A DNA stretch of 64,000 nt from NCBI RefSeq assembly GCF_009914755.1, contig NC_060931.1. One strand, written 5' to 3'. This document shows positions 24,320 through 38,894 of the stretch, in pieces (position 1 is the first letter of the stretch; each line of letters opens with the position of its first letter). The stretch is from the human T2T-CHM13v2.0 reference genome, Homo sapiens. The notes beneath the pieces are model-generated. The model searched no databases and had not been told where the DNA came from. It saw nothing but the letters and a program-made list of their open reading frames with translations. The position numbers and the translations under genes were made by a program.

Positions 24320-24815
24320 ATATTAAGAATCATCCTTGACTCCTCTCCTTTCTTCCCTCTCCCACATCCAAACCACACCTTTGCTTGCCAAATCAGCAGT
24401 AGCTGCTGCCTGCTTCATGCCCAGAGCTGCTCAGAGCATGATCTCTTTTCAGCATCTTGACTACTCCCTCCCCAGCCCAGGCCCACTGTGCTCCAGGAAC
24501 TGTCTCTCATCCACATCTCAGACCTCACACTCGCGGGCTCCTTGACTGGGAAGGTGTTCCTGTCTCCACAGCCAGTCCTCCCCGAATCCCTCCATCTCAG
24601 AGAGGCCTTCTCTGCCCCCTGCACCCCTGTATCATCCTGCTTCATTTTTCTCCATTGCCTTTTCACAATGTGACCTTATACATGACCCGTTTTCTCTCCT
24701 CTATACTATGATGGGATGTGGGTAGGAATTTTGTTCATCCTGATCATAACTGGCGTATCCCCATCATTTATAAAAGAGTCTTGCATATTCCAATAGGCAA
24801 TTGCTGAATGAATGG
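24320..24815 (+). mobile_element. L2 LINE relic fragments
   Basis: ATCATCCTTGACTCCTCTC..CCACATCCAA and a 3' tail TTGCTGAATGAATG. Confidence 0.5.
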
Positions 24816-24854
24816 ATTAATAATACTAGAAGGAAAAACTGTTGACAAGGGCAC

Positions 24855-25280
24855 TGTCTTAGTCCATTTGCGTTGCTATGAAGGAACACCTGAGGCTGGG
24901 AAACTTACACAGAAAAGAGGTTTATGTGGCTCATGGTTCTGCAGACTGTACAGGAAGCATGGTGCCAGCACTGGCTTCTGATGAGGGCCTTGGGAAGCTT
25001 CACTCTTGGCAGAAGGTGAAGGGGAGCCTGCGTGTGCAGAGTTCTCATGGTGAGAGGGAAGCAAGAGTCAGGGAGGCACCAGGTTTCTTTAATAAACAGG
25101 TTTCACAGGGACGACTAGAGTGAGACTCACTGACTCGTTACCACGAGGGCCAGGCCAGCACCGAGCCATGCATGAGGTATCTGTCCCCATGACCCAAACA
25201 CCTCCCACCAGGCCCCACCTCCAGCACTGGGATTCAGTTTCAACACGAGGCTTGGAGGGCCAAATACCCAGACCACAGCA
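24855..25280 (-). mobile_element. MST (MSTB-like) MaLR LTR
   Basis: TGTCTTAGTCCATTTGCGTTGCTAT..GGCTCATGGTTCTGCAG..GGCAGAAGGTGAAGGGGAGC..CCACCAGGCCCCACCTCCA..ACCACAGCA. Confidence 0.9.
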
Positions 25281-26125
25281 GCCACCTGAGCCTGTCCACT
25301 CATGCAGCTCCCGCACGGCTGGCATGTTGGGGCATGGCCTTGCCTAAGTGGTCCTGTCTGCCTCCCACCTCCGAAGAGCGGCCTGATAAGGCCTGGGGGC
25401 TGTGGCACTGAATCCCTAGCCCATCACTCTTGGGGAGTTTCTTTAAGAGGCATCACTGAGAAGGGCATTTGCCTAGGCCAAATGGCTTCACTCGGCCCTC
25501 TCCTATGAAACAGACAATCGGAGCTCCAGAGCTCCAGAGCTGGGAGGGGCTTTGGCCACATCCACCTCTTCATTTTAATGCTGACCAATCTGAGTCCCGG
25601 GGCTGGAAACTGACCTGCCAGGACAGACTGCTGGTGGGAGGTAGAGCATGCCCCCTCAGCATCCCCTGGTGGGTTGGATGGATTTTCTTAAATACTATGG
25701 AGAAACTGAAAGTCTAGGATGGAATATCTCCTTTGGAAAATGTTATTGGGGTTAGCATTGGGGAGATGATAAGATGAGATAAATACAACTTGCATTTTCA
25801 GCAGCTCTTTTCCAAAGAATGAGTAAAAGGTTTCTTGACCACCATCCTCCTCTGATCATACAGAAAACAGTGGGTGGCTTTTGCTCATATCAAAACCACC
25901 TGTGATTGATGAGCAAAATTCGGGCTTCCTCAGAAAGTCAAGGGTGAAGTTGGATGTAGAAACTCACGACCTTCATGGAACTGAATCCATTCCCAGCACT
26001 TAGAGTTGAATAAATAGTTGTTGATTGAGTGGATAAATTTATAATTTTAAGCTTCTGGCTCTCTTAGCTAATCCAGGAGTCCGGGGAAATCAGTCTCTGT
26101 GAAGTTTTGATCAAAGAGGCCTTAG

Positions 26126-27091
<966 letters not shown>

Positions 27092-30000
27092 TAGACAACA
27101 CACGCGATCGACAACCCTCCCCGCTGTATGAGTGACGGCAGTGCTTGTTGGCAGTGAAAGAATTCAGCCCTTGTCGTCTTTAACCGTATGAAAGTTGAGG
27201 AACAGACGTCTCCAGGCCCATTACTACAGGTTCAGGGCAGCCCCAGTCATGGTGAAAAGGTTTAAGGCCTAGGGCATATTGGTCCGTAGCAGGGCAGTTG
27301 GGGCAATACCGCGATGCTTGGGGTGGGCCGGGGGCTGCCAAGAGGAGCACCCCCGGCCGTCCAGCCCGCTGGGCACTAGCTCAGGCTCTTGTTTGCCAAG
27401 ACGTTTCAGTCCCACCACGTTTGATTTATTTCTGTCCCAGTCTCTGTTTAAATCCATTTAACAGCTCCCAGTGGCCTCCAGGAAAAAACTCCAAATCCTT
27501 GGCCCGACATCCAAACCCGTCTACACCGGGGTTCAGGCTCCACTTCGGAGCTTGTGGCCCCTGCCCAGCCTGGGGGCAGGTTTGTGAAGCCAAGCTCCTG
27601 CCCCTCCCTGCCCACCCTGGAGAGCCCCGAGTTCTCTCCTCCTCCCCGCTCACGGGTGCTGCCCGAGACCCAGCCCTCCCTCTGCTCTCCCTGCACCTTC
27701 CCACCAGCGTGGACGTCCCCTTTTCTGGATTCCTGTAGCTTCAGCAATGCGTTTTCTGCCTTCATTTCTAGGACACTTTGGGGTGACTTGCTGTCTGACC
27801 TCTGTTTCTGAAGGTTGGGGGGCTGTTTATTTTGCATTTCTGAATATGGAGTAGAGAATTTTGTTCCATGAAGGTATTTACATAATTATTTATTAAAAGA
27901 AAAAACCCCTCAGCTGTTTGAAATTTTTTTCTCCCAGAAGGAGCTCTGTTTTAATGGGAATGGGTCTGAAAGTGGATTTAGTTTACAGATGCTCACAGGA
28001 GGATGGTGACAGGGAGGCTGTGTCCAACTGTCACCGCAGTGCGGAGGCATGTTTGGCACCTCGGATCACCTCTAGCTGGGGCTGTCCCGCAGCCGCCAGG
28101 CCCACACCCTAAAGGATGTGCGCTCTGTGGTTTGAAGGAGATTAAAGGAAACATGGAGAAACCCCCTGCAGACAGAGGCCGGGCCCTGCTGCCACATCTA
28201 GACCTTCCTGACGGATGAGGGGTGCCAGCCATATTCTTTTTGCTTTGATGTAGGGGGTATGTGTGTATTTTGGGGGCTGGGGAGGGAGGACTGAGGCGGA
28301 CCCACTCTTGGCCAGGCCTGAAACCCTCCCATTGGCACCCCTCTTTGAGCTCCGGCTCACCGCATGCGGCCTGGTGCCCATCACCCAGGCTGTGCCAGGG
28401 CTGGGGGTGGCACCCGTAAGAGGCGACACTGTCTGTCTCTGGGCCTTGCCACCCACCCCTCCAGCCTGGCATTTTGTGAATGAAAGCAGGGCTTGGTTGG
28501 GGCAGGTGTGCCAGCGATGGAGGTGCTGTGTCCGCATGGGGCCTCATAGCTCAGGGCTTATTAGGAGCATCGATCATCTGCGGTGCCATTTCCAAACTCC
28601 CTCTCCCTCACTCAACTCGCTAAACCTCATTCTTTCCCACACCCAGGTGCTCGGGTGAGAAATGGAGTGTTAATGAGTGTTGGCTTGCTGGCCACGGGCT
28701 GGGAGGGGGTTTCCCCCTCACTCCTGACCCCGCACGACCCTTGCCCCCTGACCCCGCACAACCCTCATCCACTCAACAAGCTGCTGCATCTCCCTTTGAC
28801 CCTGACCCGGTTTTTGGTGGCCCGAGAGTGGACCACGTCCATCCTCCCACCCTCAGAGTCCTGGCTTCTGGGGGGCGTAAAAGCCAGAGGAGCCGAGGCC
28901 CTGGCCCACGCTCGGAAGCACCTGAGGCCCCGGCCCACGCTCGGAAACACTCTCAGCCTGGAGACATCGGCTGCAGCTCCCCGCACGCCCTGTCCCCTCC
29001 CGCTCTGCATTAATCTTGCACTGACACCCTCTTTATGCTGTTGGAAAAATCGAAATGCCAGGAGGCGGGAGGCAGGGAGAATCCCTCATCAGCAACGTTT
29101 ATGGTATTGACTTGCATCTCATTGACTGTGTCAACAAGCGCTTGGCGTCTACATGTGGGAACAGCCTATAAAACTAGGAAAGCTAAGCGGCCATTGAAAA
29201 CCCATCACTTCGGATCCACCAGCCACATAACCCTGGACAGGAAGATGAAAAGTACCTTCTTCCCAGCGCTCAGCCTCCAGCTCTGGGCCTGGTGAAGACG
29301 GGCACAAAACAGCAGCAGTGAAACACAAAGTGAATCGAATTAGTCACTACTCAGGCCTGGGGCCTCAGCTGGAAATGACCTTCAGAATTCAACGGAGGAG
29401 GCCCTTCGTGGGAGACAAAGAAGGATGGGGCGTCATTGTGGGAGCTTTAACGCTGCACAAAGGACGATCAGGAGGTGGCAATGCATGTGTGACCTGCGCC
29501 GGGCAGGGAGGGAGGCTCTCAAGAGGCCTCTGCGCAGGGCGGTGCCCTGTGTGCCTCTGGAAATGAGGCAGAATTTGTGGTGACATCATGCCCAGTCTTC
29601 CTGCCAACAAAAGAGTGTATCAGGTTGGAAGTGAGTTTTCCATTTCATAGGAGAGTGGGGGTATGGCAGGAGTCCCTCGGAAATAGTGGAGTTTTGCTCC
29701 TGCACAAAAATAAGACCCTGTTCTGAGGACGTGAGTGAGCCGAGCATGTCTGTGCTTCCGTCTGGAGGAGCCGGGAGCCCTGGTTGGCCCAGGTGTCTCG
29801 CAGCCTCGTGGCTGGCTCTGTCCACAGGGTCCACGAGCTGGAGGGGCACGGATAAAAATGCTTTTCCCACGACAGAGCGCGTGTGGTGGGCTGACTCCGG
29901 TTTATCTGTGAGCACAGAGGTGTGGCCTGCTCACCCCACAGGAGGTGACCCCGCAGAAGGAACACTTCTGCCCTGATCTGCTGTTTGCAGAGGACGAGGG

Positions 30001-30109
30001 CTGTCATCCTGCTCCTCTGAGGCTGAGGCCTCAGCCAGCAAGGCGGCGGGGTCAAGCGGGGTGTCTGAGCCAGCCACACAGTGCTCACTGGAAGCTTTGG
30101 TGCTTTGCT

Positions 30110-30190
30110 GACCCTGTGACCTGAACAGCCACCCACCTCTCCGAGCCCCAGCATCCTCGTCTGTAAAGTGGGGTGACAGTAGCTGCCTGA
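30110..30190 (+). mobile_element. MIR fragment
   Basis: CTGTGACCTGAACAG..ACCTCTCCGAGCCCCAGCATCCTCGTCTGTAAAGTGGGG is the MIR core. Confidence 0.6.
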
Positions 30191-30595
30191 CATGACTGAC
30201 AGACTCGTTTGTTAAGCACTGTCACGTGTGGGAGGCGACTTCCTTCTGGGTTGGGGGGGCTTCTCTTATCCCTGGGCACTGTTGGGTCCCTAGGAGAAGC
30301 ACAGGTGAGCAGAGGAGGGCTCCCCTGGGCTGGTGCGGCCAGCAGTTCTGCAGGGACCTCGCACTGGCTCCTTAATGTGGTTCGCGTGGCCTCCAGATTT
30401 ACGGCTGAATTCTCTCTTCTGAGCATGTCACTGGATGACCAGCACTCTACCAGGGGAACTGCTGTTCTGGGAAAGGTGCCCGCTGGCCAGCGGAGTCTCC
30501 TCACACATCCATGGTGTGTGGGGCTCTGATGGGTTCTGGGTGAGCATTCCCCCCTTCTCCTGGATGCCACCTACGTGTCCGCTTGGGAGAATTAG

Positions 30596-31131
<536 letters not shown>

Positions 31132-31451
31132 TATTATTATGTTAATTTAAAATAAGCAAATACTTGAGTGCCTCTGTACCAGGCGCTGTTCTAGGAGCCA
31201 GGAGCTGCGCCCTTCTCCACCCGCTCCCACACTTTCTCCTTCTCTTAACTCCACCATTGCCTCCTCCCTCCCCTTGTTCTCCCCGCCAGCCCCAGGGACA
31301 TGAAGCACTTGGATTGTCGGGAGCTGCCCGCCTTCAGCCACCGGCCAGTGGCCAGCACCCCGGGTTCGGCCCTCTGCCAGTGCGGGCTCAAAGGCCCCAC
31401 GCCCACGCAGCCAATCCTCACATGACGGTGACCAGAGGCCACTTGAGCTCA

Positions 31452-31932
31452 GGCACCTCGGCTGGCACGTACTCCACCCTCCAGGGCTCGGGGCATGACG
31501 GGCACCTCGGCTGGCACGTACTCCACCCTCCAGGGCTCGGGGCATGACGGGCACCTCGGCTGGCACGTACTCCACCCTCCGGGGCTCGGGGCATGACGGG
31601 CACCTCGGCTGGCACGTACTCCACCCTCCGGGGCTCGGGGCATGACGGGCACCTCGGCTGGCACGTACTCCACCCTCCGGGGCTCGGGGCATGACGGGCA
31701 CCTCGGCTGGCACGTACTCCCTCCGGGGCTCGGGGCATGACGGGCACCTCGGCTGGCACGTACTCCACCCTCCGGGGCTCGGGGCATGACGGGCACCTCG
31801 GCTGGCACGTACTCCACCCTCCGGGGCTCGGGGCATGACGGGCACCTCGGCTGGCACGCACTCCACCCTCCGGGGCTCGGGGCATGACGGGCACCTCGGC
31901 TGGCACGTACTCCACCCTCCGGGGCTCGGGGC
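31452..31932. repeat. 49-bp CpG-rich minisatellite, ~10 copies
   Basis: Unit GGCACCTCGGCTGGCACGTACTCCACCCTCCGGGGCTCGGGGCATGACG. Unit 6 (31697-31742) lacks 3 bp and unit 9 has GCACGCA. Confidence 0.97.
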
Positions 31933-33197
31933 CTGAGGAGCAGAAGGTGGCCCTGGGCAGATGCTCTGCGTGCGGGAGGCTGCGCTTTCAGTCATTATTT
32001 GGATTTCGTTTTCCACATGAAAATATTTAGAGATCCAGCTCTTGGAAGCCAAGGAGAAACTGGCTTTTAAGGTAAAGGAAGGCAAGTTTGCCGAGGTGAT
32101 GGGAAGACACCTTGCAACTGCGAAACCTCCAAATTTACCGGTAGAACCTGGCACACAGCTTTTGCCGTCGTTTGGAGAATTACTGCGTGCACTGCCGTTC
32201 GCTCAGAGCCATTGTGCACGTTTGTTTCTCTGATCACTAACAGCCTGCACGTTTCCAGCGTTTCCAGTTTCCAGCGTTGTATGGGGATTTCCACGTGTTT
32301 CAGTCGCTTATTAGCTTTTGTGGCTTCAGGGTGAGCCGTGGCGTCTGAGACACCCAGCCACATCGTTCCGCTGTGGGCGGGGCATTGAAGACAGGTCTGA
32401 AAACGTTCCAGCTCTTGCTGGAAGGGACGTCATTTCTGAACACGTGAGGGGTCTGAGTTTCTTTACGACAGCAGCTTCTATTGAGCGAAATGGTCAGAAA
32501 ACCATTGCTCTAGTTAATATTTTAGATAGTTGCAAGTTACTCCATTTACCATATATACTTTACAACTTTCCAAAGAGTTAAAATACAGAAGGGGCCTTAC
32601 TTCCAAATATGAAGTGTGTGGGTGCACCGGTTGTTTCAAATTCAGAACGTGTTTTCCACAATGACAACGTCATAAATGCCGTTGAGATTCCCAGGCCGGC
32701 TCCTAGAAACCCTTAATAGTAGAAAACCATAGGGGGAAACACCAGTAATTAGACAGAACAGAATACAATTGCTTTTTTAAAAGTTATTTTGATCCCTGGT
32801 GGTCAAATGAAAAACATGATCATGGGAGGCCATGGAAGGTGAGCCGTCGATATTCCGAAGGGAAGCCGGGATCCGTCCAAGGGCGTTCGAGATAAAAGGT
32901 GCTGTTTCATTAATATGTCTAGCTGCACTTCGAGATTTATGGCTTAACTTTGTTTTGTAAAAATTGAATATTAGCCTTATTCTTATGATTTTCAGAAGTA
33001 ATCAGAGAAGTTTTTAATTTACAAGGAGGGGAAACAGGGAAACAGAGGAAGGGAGAGAGACAGGCATCTGCGGAGACTTCCCTGGAGAGCAGAGGCCAGA
33101 GGCAGAAGAGGGAGGGGGTGGAGTGGTTGCGGAGGACTTGCCCAGGAAACCCCTGTGAGAAGGAAGAGTTTTCTCAGCTGAGCATTGAGCCAGCTGG

Positions 33198-33571
33198 TGT
33201 GTCAGGGGCAGCTTAGTTCACCATGCTGGGTCCTCTCCTGAGCACAGGAAGACTGCACTGTCCCACCTTCTCTGGAGTCCGCTGGGGCCTCCTGTGTGAC
33301 CTGTGTCCAGGCCTGGCCCTAAAACATCCCACCAGCCTCTCAGCCCTCTCTTCCCTCTGCAGCAGGAGCAAAGGCCACGTCGGGGACATGATACATCACA
33401 ACATGCAGGCAGCATGGCCCTGAGTCACCACGTGGAGACAAGCCTCAAGAGGACTCCACTTCCCAGTGGACGTTGCACGAGCAAGCAGGAAACCTCTTCT
33501 GTGAGCCCCTGAGGTTCAGGGTTTTTTGTTTTTTTTTAGTACCATGGCTACTGTGACGTATCCTGACTAAT
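33198..33571 (+). mobile_element. Old MLT1 (MLT1J/I-like) LTR relic
   Basis: CCTGAGTCACCACGTGGAG..GAAACCTCTTCTGTGAGCCCCTGAGGTTCAGGG..ATCCTGACTAAT. Confidence 0.55.
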
Positions 33572-34129
33572 GCCGACAGCACAGGGAGCCTTTGCCTGCC
33601 GGAGGAAGCGGTGAGGAAGAGGTGGTGCGTCGTGCACTTCCTGTTGCTGTTTTAGGACAGCTTGGGTGAGTCCAGCATTAAAAATCAGAATGGGAAAAAG
33701 GAGAGGAAACCCGGAAGGGTCTACATGGGAAAGCCAGGGTCTGCGGAAGACAGATTGTCTCTCCCAGGATGCCTGGTGTTTTTGGAGGGGCACGCAGCAG
33801 TTGGAGGTTTGCATTTCAGGATTTGCCTTACATTAAAATGCAATTTATCTGTTAATTCTATTTACTTATTTAACTCACATGGATTAACTGCCTATTCTGT
33901 GTACCAGACGTAGTTTGTTCCAGGGAAGTGCTGCTGAACCAGGTAAACCCAGCCCCCCATCTCCAGGAGCAGAGGCTGCAAGGACAGGAAGACAATGAGG
34001 CAATGGTGTGCTGGGGGAATCGTGCTAAAGTGAAAGCATCCTTCGATCATTTTTAAGTCATTCTAGGATCTTCAGGGCATCAAAGTTTTGCCTGTGAGCC
34101 TCAATTGGTCTAATACAAAAATACAGACT

Positions 34130-34330
34130 GTGGTTAATCATCTGAGCTTTGAGATCATGTGAGATTGTAATCCTGCCTTGGTTCTGCCACTTACTGCTGG
34201 TGAAGGAAAAATTAATCTTTCCAAACAGCTTGCAAGACAGAAATCATGCTTTCTACCTCCCAAAGCTGCTGTGGGCATGAAACAGCCCACGTGCATGAGG
34301 TGCCCAGCATAGCGCCTGGAAATCACACAC
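34130..34330 (+). mobile_element. MIR relic
   Basis: GTGGTTAA..AATCCTG..CTACCTC..GCTGTGGG..CAGCATAGCGCCTGG. Confidence 0.5.
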
Positions 34331-34528
34331 AATCACAGAATCATGGGGCCAGAGGAGGCCCTTGAAGTTTTATCTGATTTACTCCTCCCATGAGATGCTT
34401 TAATTCTCCAACTTCTCCTCAATGGCACCTATAAAGAAATGGGTTCTCCCTCTGTTGTTCTCTCTCTCGCTCTCAAGCTCTTTTAGTACTTAGAGTTACG
34501 CCACTTCATTTGAAGTTTAACATGGTAA

Positions 34529-34860
<332 letters not shown>

Positions 34861-35527
34861 CAACACCCTTATTTTAATGCTGTTAATGTCACTGGATTTC
34901 ATTTTTGGCCCAGCATCTGCTTTCTCTTGTGGAATGTGCCACGTGCAGTGGAGAAGAATGTGTATTTTCCAGGCGGTGGGTGCAGTGTTCATCATTTGGG
35001 TCAAGGTGATGGATGGTGTTGTTCAGATATTTGTCTTTACTGATATTTTTGTTGAGGGATGTTGAAGTCCCTAATTATGATTGTGGAATCATTTATTTCT
35101 CCCTTTAACTCTGGATGTTTGCATCATGTGTTCAGAAGCTGTTACAAGGTGGGTTCAACTCTACGACTGTCAGGTCTTTCTGAAGAGCCTTCCCTTCAGC
35201 ATTATGAAGCGTCCCTCTTTATTTCTAATAATACATTTTGTCTAAATGTCTATTTTATCTGATATTCACAGAGCTTCTCTAGTATTCGTATACTTACTGT
35301 TTGCATGGTATTTTCTTTTCCTTTCATTTACTTTCAATCAATATGTCTTCATATTTAAAGTGAATCTCTAAGAACACTACAATCTAATTAGACAAAAAAT
35401 AAAGCAAATCTTTTAGAGATAGTATATAGTTGAATCTTGCTTTCAAAAACTGTCTGACAATCTGTCTTCTAATTGGAGTGTTTATTCTATTCATATTCAA
35501 TGTAGTTGTTCATATGGTTGGATTTAG

Positions 35528-35695
35528 GCCTACTTTTTGGGAGGCAGGGGACAGAGTCTCACTCTGCCACCCAGGCTGAGTACAGTGGCATGATCATGGC
35601 TCACTGCAGGCTCAGCCTCCCAGGGTCAAGCAATCCTCCCATCTCAGCCTCCCAAGTAGCTAGACTACCAGCACGTGCCACCACACTCAGCTAAG
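35528..35695 (-). mobile_element. Alu right-arm fragment (AluJ/FRAM-like)
   Basis: ACAGAGTCTCACTCTGCCACCCAGGCTG..GATCATGGCTCACTGCAG..CCACCACACTCAGCTAA. Confidence 0.85.
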
Positions 35696-36672
35696 CATCT
35701 TTTATTATTTGTTTTCTGTTTGTTTCCTCTGTTGTGGTTCTCTGTTCCTCCTATTCTGCCTTCATTTGAATTATGTTAATGTTTTTTAGAATTCCATTGT
35801 ACTGGTTTTATTGACTTTTTAGCTATAAATACTCTCGGCATTTTTAAGTGGCGGCTAATGGAATTCCAGTGCACATCCTTAGAGTTTTCTTAGGGTTAAT
35901 AGTGTAACATCTTATGTACATTTGTAAACCTTGCAGCAAAATAAGTCCATCTGCTTCCCCTTCCTCCGTTTTTTAATGCTATAGTTGCCATAGGTATTAC
36001 ATCCACATACTTTATAAGCCTCACAAGAAAATGTTTTACTTTTTGCTTTGAACAGTCACATGCTTTGAACAGTCTTAAATTAAAAGGAAAATTAGTCTTT
36101 TGTATTTATCCAGCTATTTACAATTTCAGATTTCTTCATTCTTTCCCAAAGGTGCAAGTTTCCATCTGGTATTATTTCTCTTTAGCCTCAAAAACCTCCT
36201 CTAGCATTTCTTGTAGTCCAGATCTGTTGGCAATGAATTATTATAGCCTTCTTTTATCTGAAAATGTTTTAATTTTACATTTATCTTGAAAAGACATTTT
36301 TTACTGGTTGTATAAGTTTGTGTGACTATTTTTTTTCTTTTAGCTTGTTTGGGTGGTTGTTCCACCATATTCTGGCTTCCATAGTTTCTGATGAGACGTC
36401 AGTAGTACCTGGAGTTGCTACTTCTCTCTATATAATGTGTCATTTTTCATTTGCTGTGTTCCAGATTTTTTTGGCTTGTTTTTCTTTGTATTTATTGATC
36501 TTGAGGCTTATGGAGCTTCTTAAAGTTGTAAAATTATGTCTTTCACCAAATTTGGGCATTTTTGGACAATTACATCTTCAAATATTTTTTGCCCCCTTCT
36601 CTCCTCTTTTTATGGGACTCCAGTTCCATGGATGTTTAACATTTGATGTGGTCTTTCAAGTTCCTGAGGTTC

Positions 36673-37110
36673 TTGTTAGTTATCCATTGCTGCATAACAA
36701 ATTACCCCCCAAACAGTTGGGGGTTAAACAATAATCATAATTTATTACCTGTCTGTGGTTTCTGTGGGCCAGAATCCACACAGGGCACTGTGAGGACAGA
36801 CTGTCTCTCCTGGGATGCCTGGCATTTCAGCTGGAATACTGAAGCCTGAAGGTTGGAGTCATCTGAAGGTGCTCTCACCCACACATCTGGCAAGTGGAGG
36901 GCTGAGGGCCCAGTGTGGCTATTGGCCAAACACCCACGTGTGGGCTCTCCGTGTGGCCAGGACTGCCTCACAACACAGTGGCTGGGTTTGAAGGGCAAGC
37001 ACGGGGGTTGGAGGCAGAAGTCATGTTGCCTGTGGCGACCTGGCCTGGGAGTACCACAGTGTCACTTCCCCTGTCTCCTTTTGGTTGGGAAAGTTTCAGG
37101 GGTCTGACCA
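36673..37110 (-). mobile_element. MLT1 (MLT1F/G/H-like) LTR
   Basis: TTAGTTATCCATTGCTGCATAACAAATTACCCC..TTTCTGTGGGCCAGAAT..GGAGTCATCTGAAGG. Confidence 0.7.
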
Positions 37111-37520
37111 GCTAGAGTCCGCCCAGAGTCTGCCTAACTGGAGACTCTGGATTTTGCTCTACCCCTGTTTATTTGTTCATTTGTTTGTTTAACCTGATCG
37201 ATCTCAAACTGCAAACTGTTTATTGGGTGGCAGCTCAAATCTCAGAAAAATTTGTAAATTCTCCACTGGTGTGCTTTGTGTCTTCCTTGTGCACGCATGT
37301 TTCAGGAGCTAGCCAGAGATCTGGGCAGAGTTCATGGCTCTCTCTCCCTTTCTCTCTCAAAATTCTCCTCCTTTTCCAGAGGCTGTGTTTTCCCTGAACT
37401 CTGGCATCCAGTCTTCAGGCAAGGACAACTTCTATTATGGTTTTAGCTGCCCCTACAGCACCAACTACAATACACCCTTAGGATAAATCCATAGAAATGA
37501 GAAACTTGTTCTGTGTTACC

Positions 37521-38160
37521 ACCTAAGATCTACGCTTTAGCAAATTTCAAGTATAAAATACAGTATTATGAACTATAGTCACCATGGTGGACATGAGGTC
37601 TCCAGAATTTATTCCCCCTGCATAACTGGAACTTTGCACCCTTTGACCAACACTTCCTCAACTTTCCCACCCCAGCTCCTGGCTGCCACCATCCTACTCT
37701 CTGCTCCTATGAGTGGCACTATTTTAGATTCCACAGATAAGTGAGATATTGTGGTATTTGTCCTCTGTGATCAGCTTATTTCACTTAGCATGATGTCCTT
37801 CAGGTTCATCCATGTTGTTGCAAATGGCAGGATGTCCTTCTTTTGAAAGACTGAGTAAAATTCCACTGGGGACAGGTATACACCACATCCTCTTTACCTG
37901 TTTATCCGTCCATGGATATTAGGCTGTTTCCATATCCTGGCTATTGTGAATAATATGCCAGTGAACACGGGAGTGGAGGCATCTCTTTGAGATTTGGATT
38001 TCATTTTCTTTGGGTATATCCCCAGAAGTGGGATTGCTGGATCATATGGTGGCTATGTTTTTAATTTTTTGAGGCATCTCCATACTGTTTTCCATAATGG
38101 CTGTATCAATTTACATTCCCACTAACAGTTCTAAGGGTTCCCTCTTCTTGACACCCTCCA
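37521..38160 (-). mobile_element. L1MA9/L1MB-type 3' end
   Basis: TAAGATCTAC..TTAGCAAATTTCAAGTATA..AACTATAGTCACCATG..TTTTAGATTCCACA..AGAAGTGGGATTGCTGGATCATATGG. Confidence 0.85.
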
Positions 38161-38840
38161 TTCCTAATGGTTTTGTGTAAATGCGCAGGTCTCACCTCCA
38201 CAGTTGGGTTGTAATCCCGAGAGCAGAGCTGCAGTCCTCATGCCTGCTGACCCTGCAGGGTGTGGTGTCTCTGTCCATCCAAGGACCAGCCCTGTTCATT
38301 GTCTAACACAGCAGCAGAAGCTGTGCACACTGACTTTCCCTACAAGAGCAGTGACCAGAGAAAGTTTAATTTATTCCACGCAGAAATATGGCAAGTATTT
38401 TTTTTTTAACTAATCAAACAGATTACTTATCAGATGGCATGGGTTAAAAATTACTCAGTCTAAAAATGTCTGGTGAACAAGCGCTTAATTTTAGCAAACA
38501 ATTCTAAATTGAGTACTTATGAAAAGCAATTTTTTTGTTCCCCAAACCCAAAAGACACCCTCCCTCCTTTAGATAAAAAGGGAAATTGCTTATGTGGGTA
38601 ATTATTTCTGGAGCTGACCACTTACTGGTGTGGAAAGTCATTACAGACACCCGCTGCTTGTTTCCTGGGGATGAGGCCAGCCCTGGTGGGCTGGGAGGAG
38701 GTTCTGCGGCCTTTCATCATCAGGGTCTGTGAGCACCGCAGGGACTGCCTGGGCGGGGGACAAGGCAGGTGCAGAGACCAGGACGCTATTAAGGAGCCCC
38801 AGGGGTCCTGATGGTGCATGGGCTGGTTTTAAATTATGAG

Positions 38841-38841
<1 letters not shown>

Positions 38842-38872
<31 letters not shown>

Positions 38873-38894
38873 CAGAGAGAGAGAGAGAGAGAGA
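38842..38894. repeat. Compound (GT)n(GA)n microsatellite
   Basis: About 14 GT units followed by about 10 GA units. Confidence 0.93.

Larger units (their letters stand above)
34900..37500 (-). mobile_element. Ancient L1M relic interrupted by an Alu monomer and an MLT1 LTR
   Basis: GAGAAGAATGTGTATT..GTTGAAGTCCCTAATTATGATTGTGG..TCTGACAATCT..CTTTTATCTGAAAATG. Boundaries are approximate. Confidence 0.65.

Noticed and set aside
31452-31932. PRDM9 13-mer (CCNCCNTNNCCNC) in the VNTR units
   Set aside because: CCACCCTCCGGGG matches only the first part of the motif. I saw no full match in this or the 22-bp array.
31147-32154. 335-aa minus-strand ORF
   Set aside because: It spans the 49-bp VNTR, cycling through three frames of the same unit. 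No recognisable domain.
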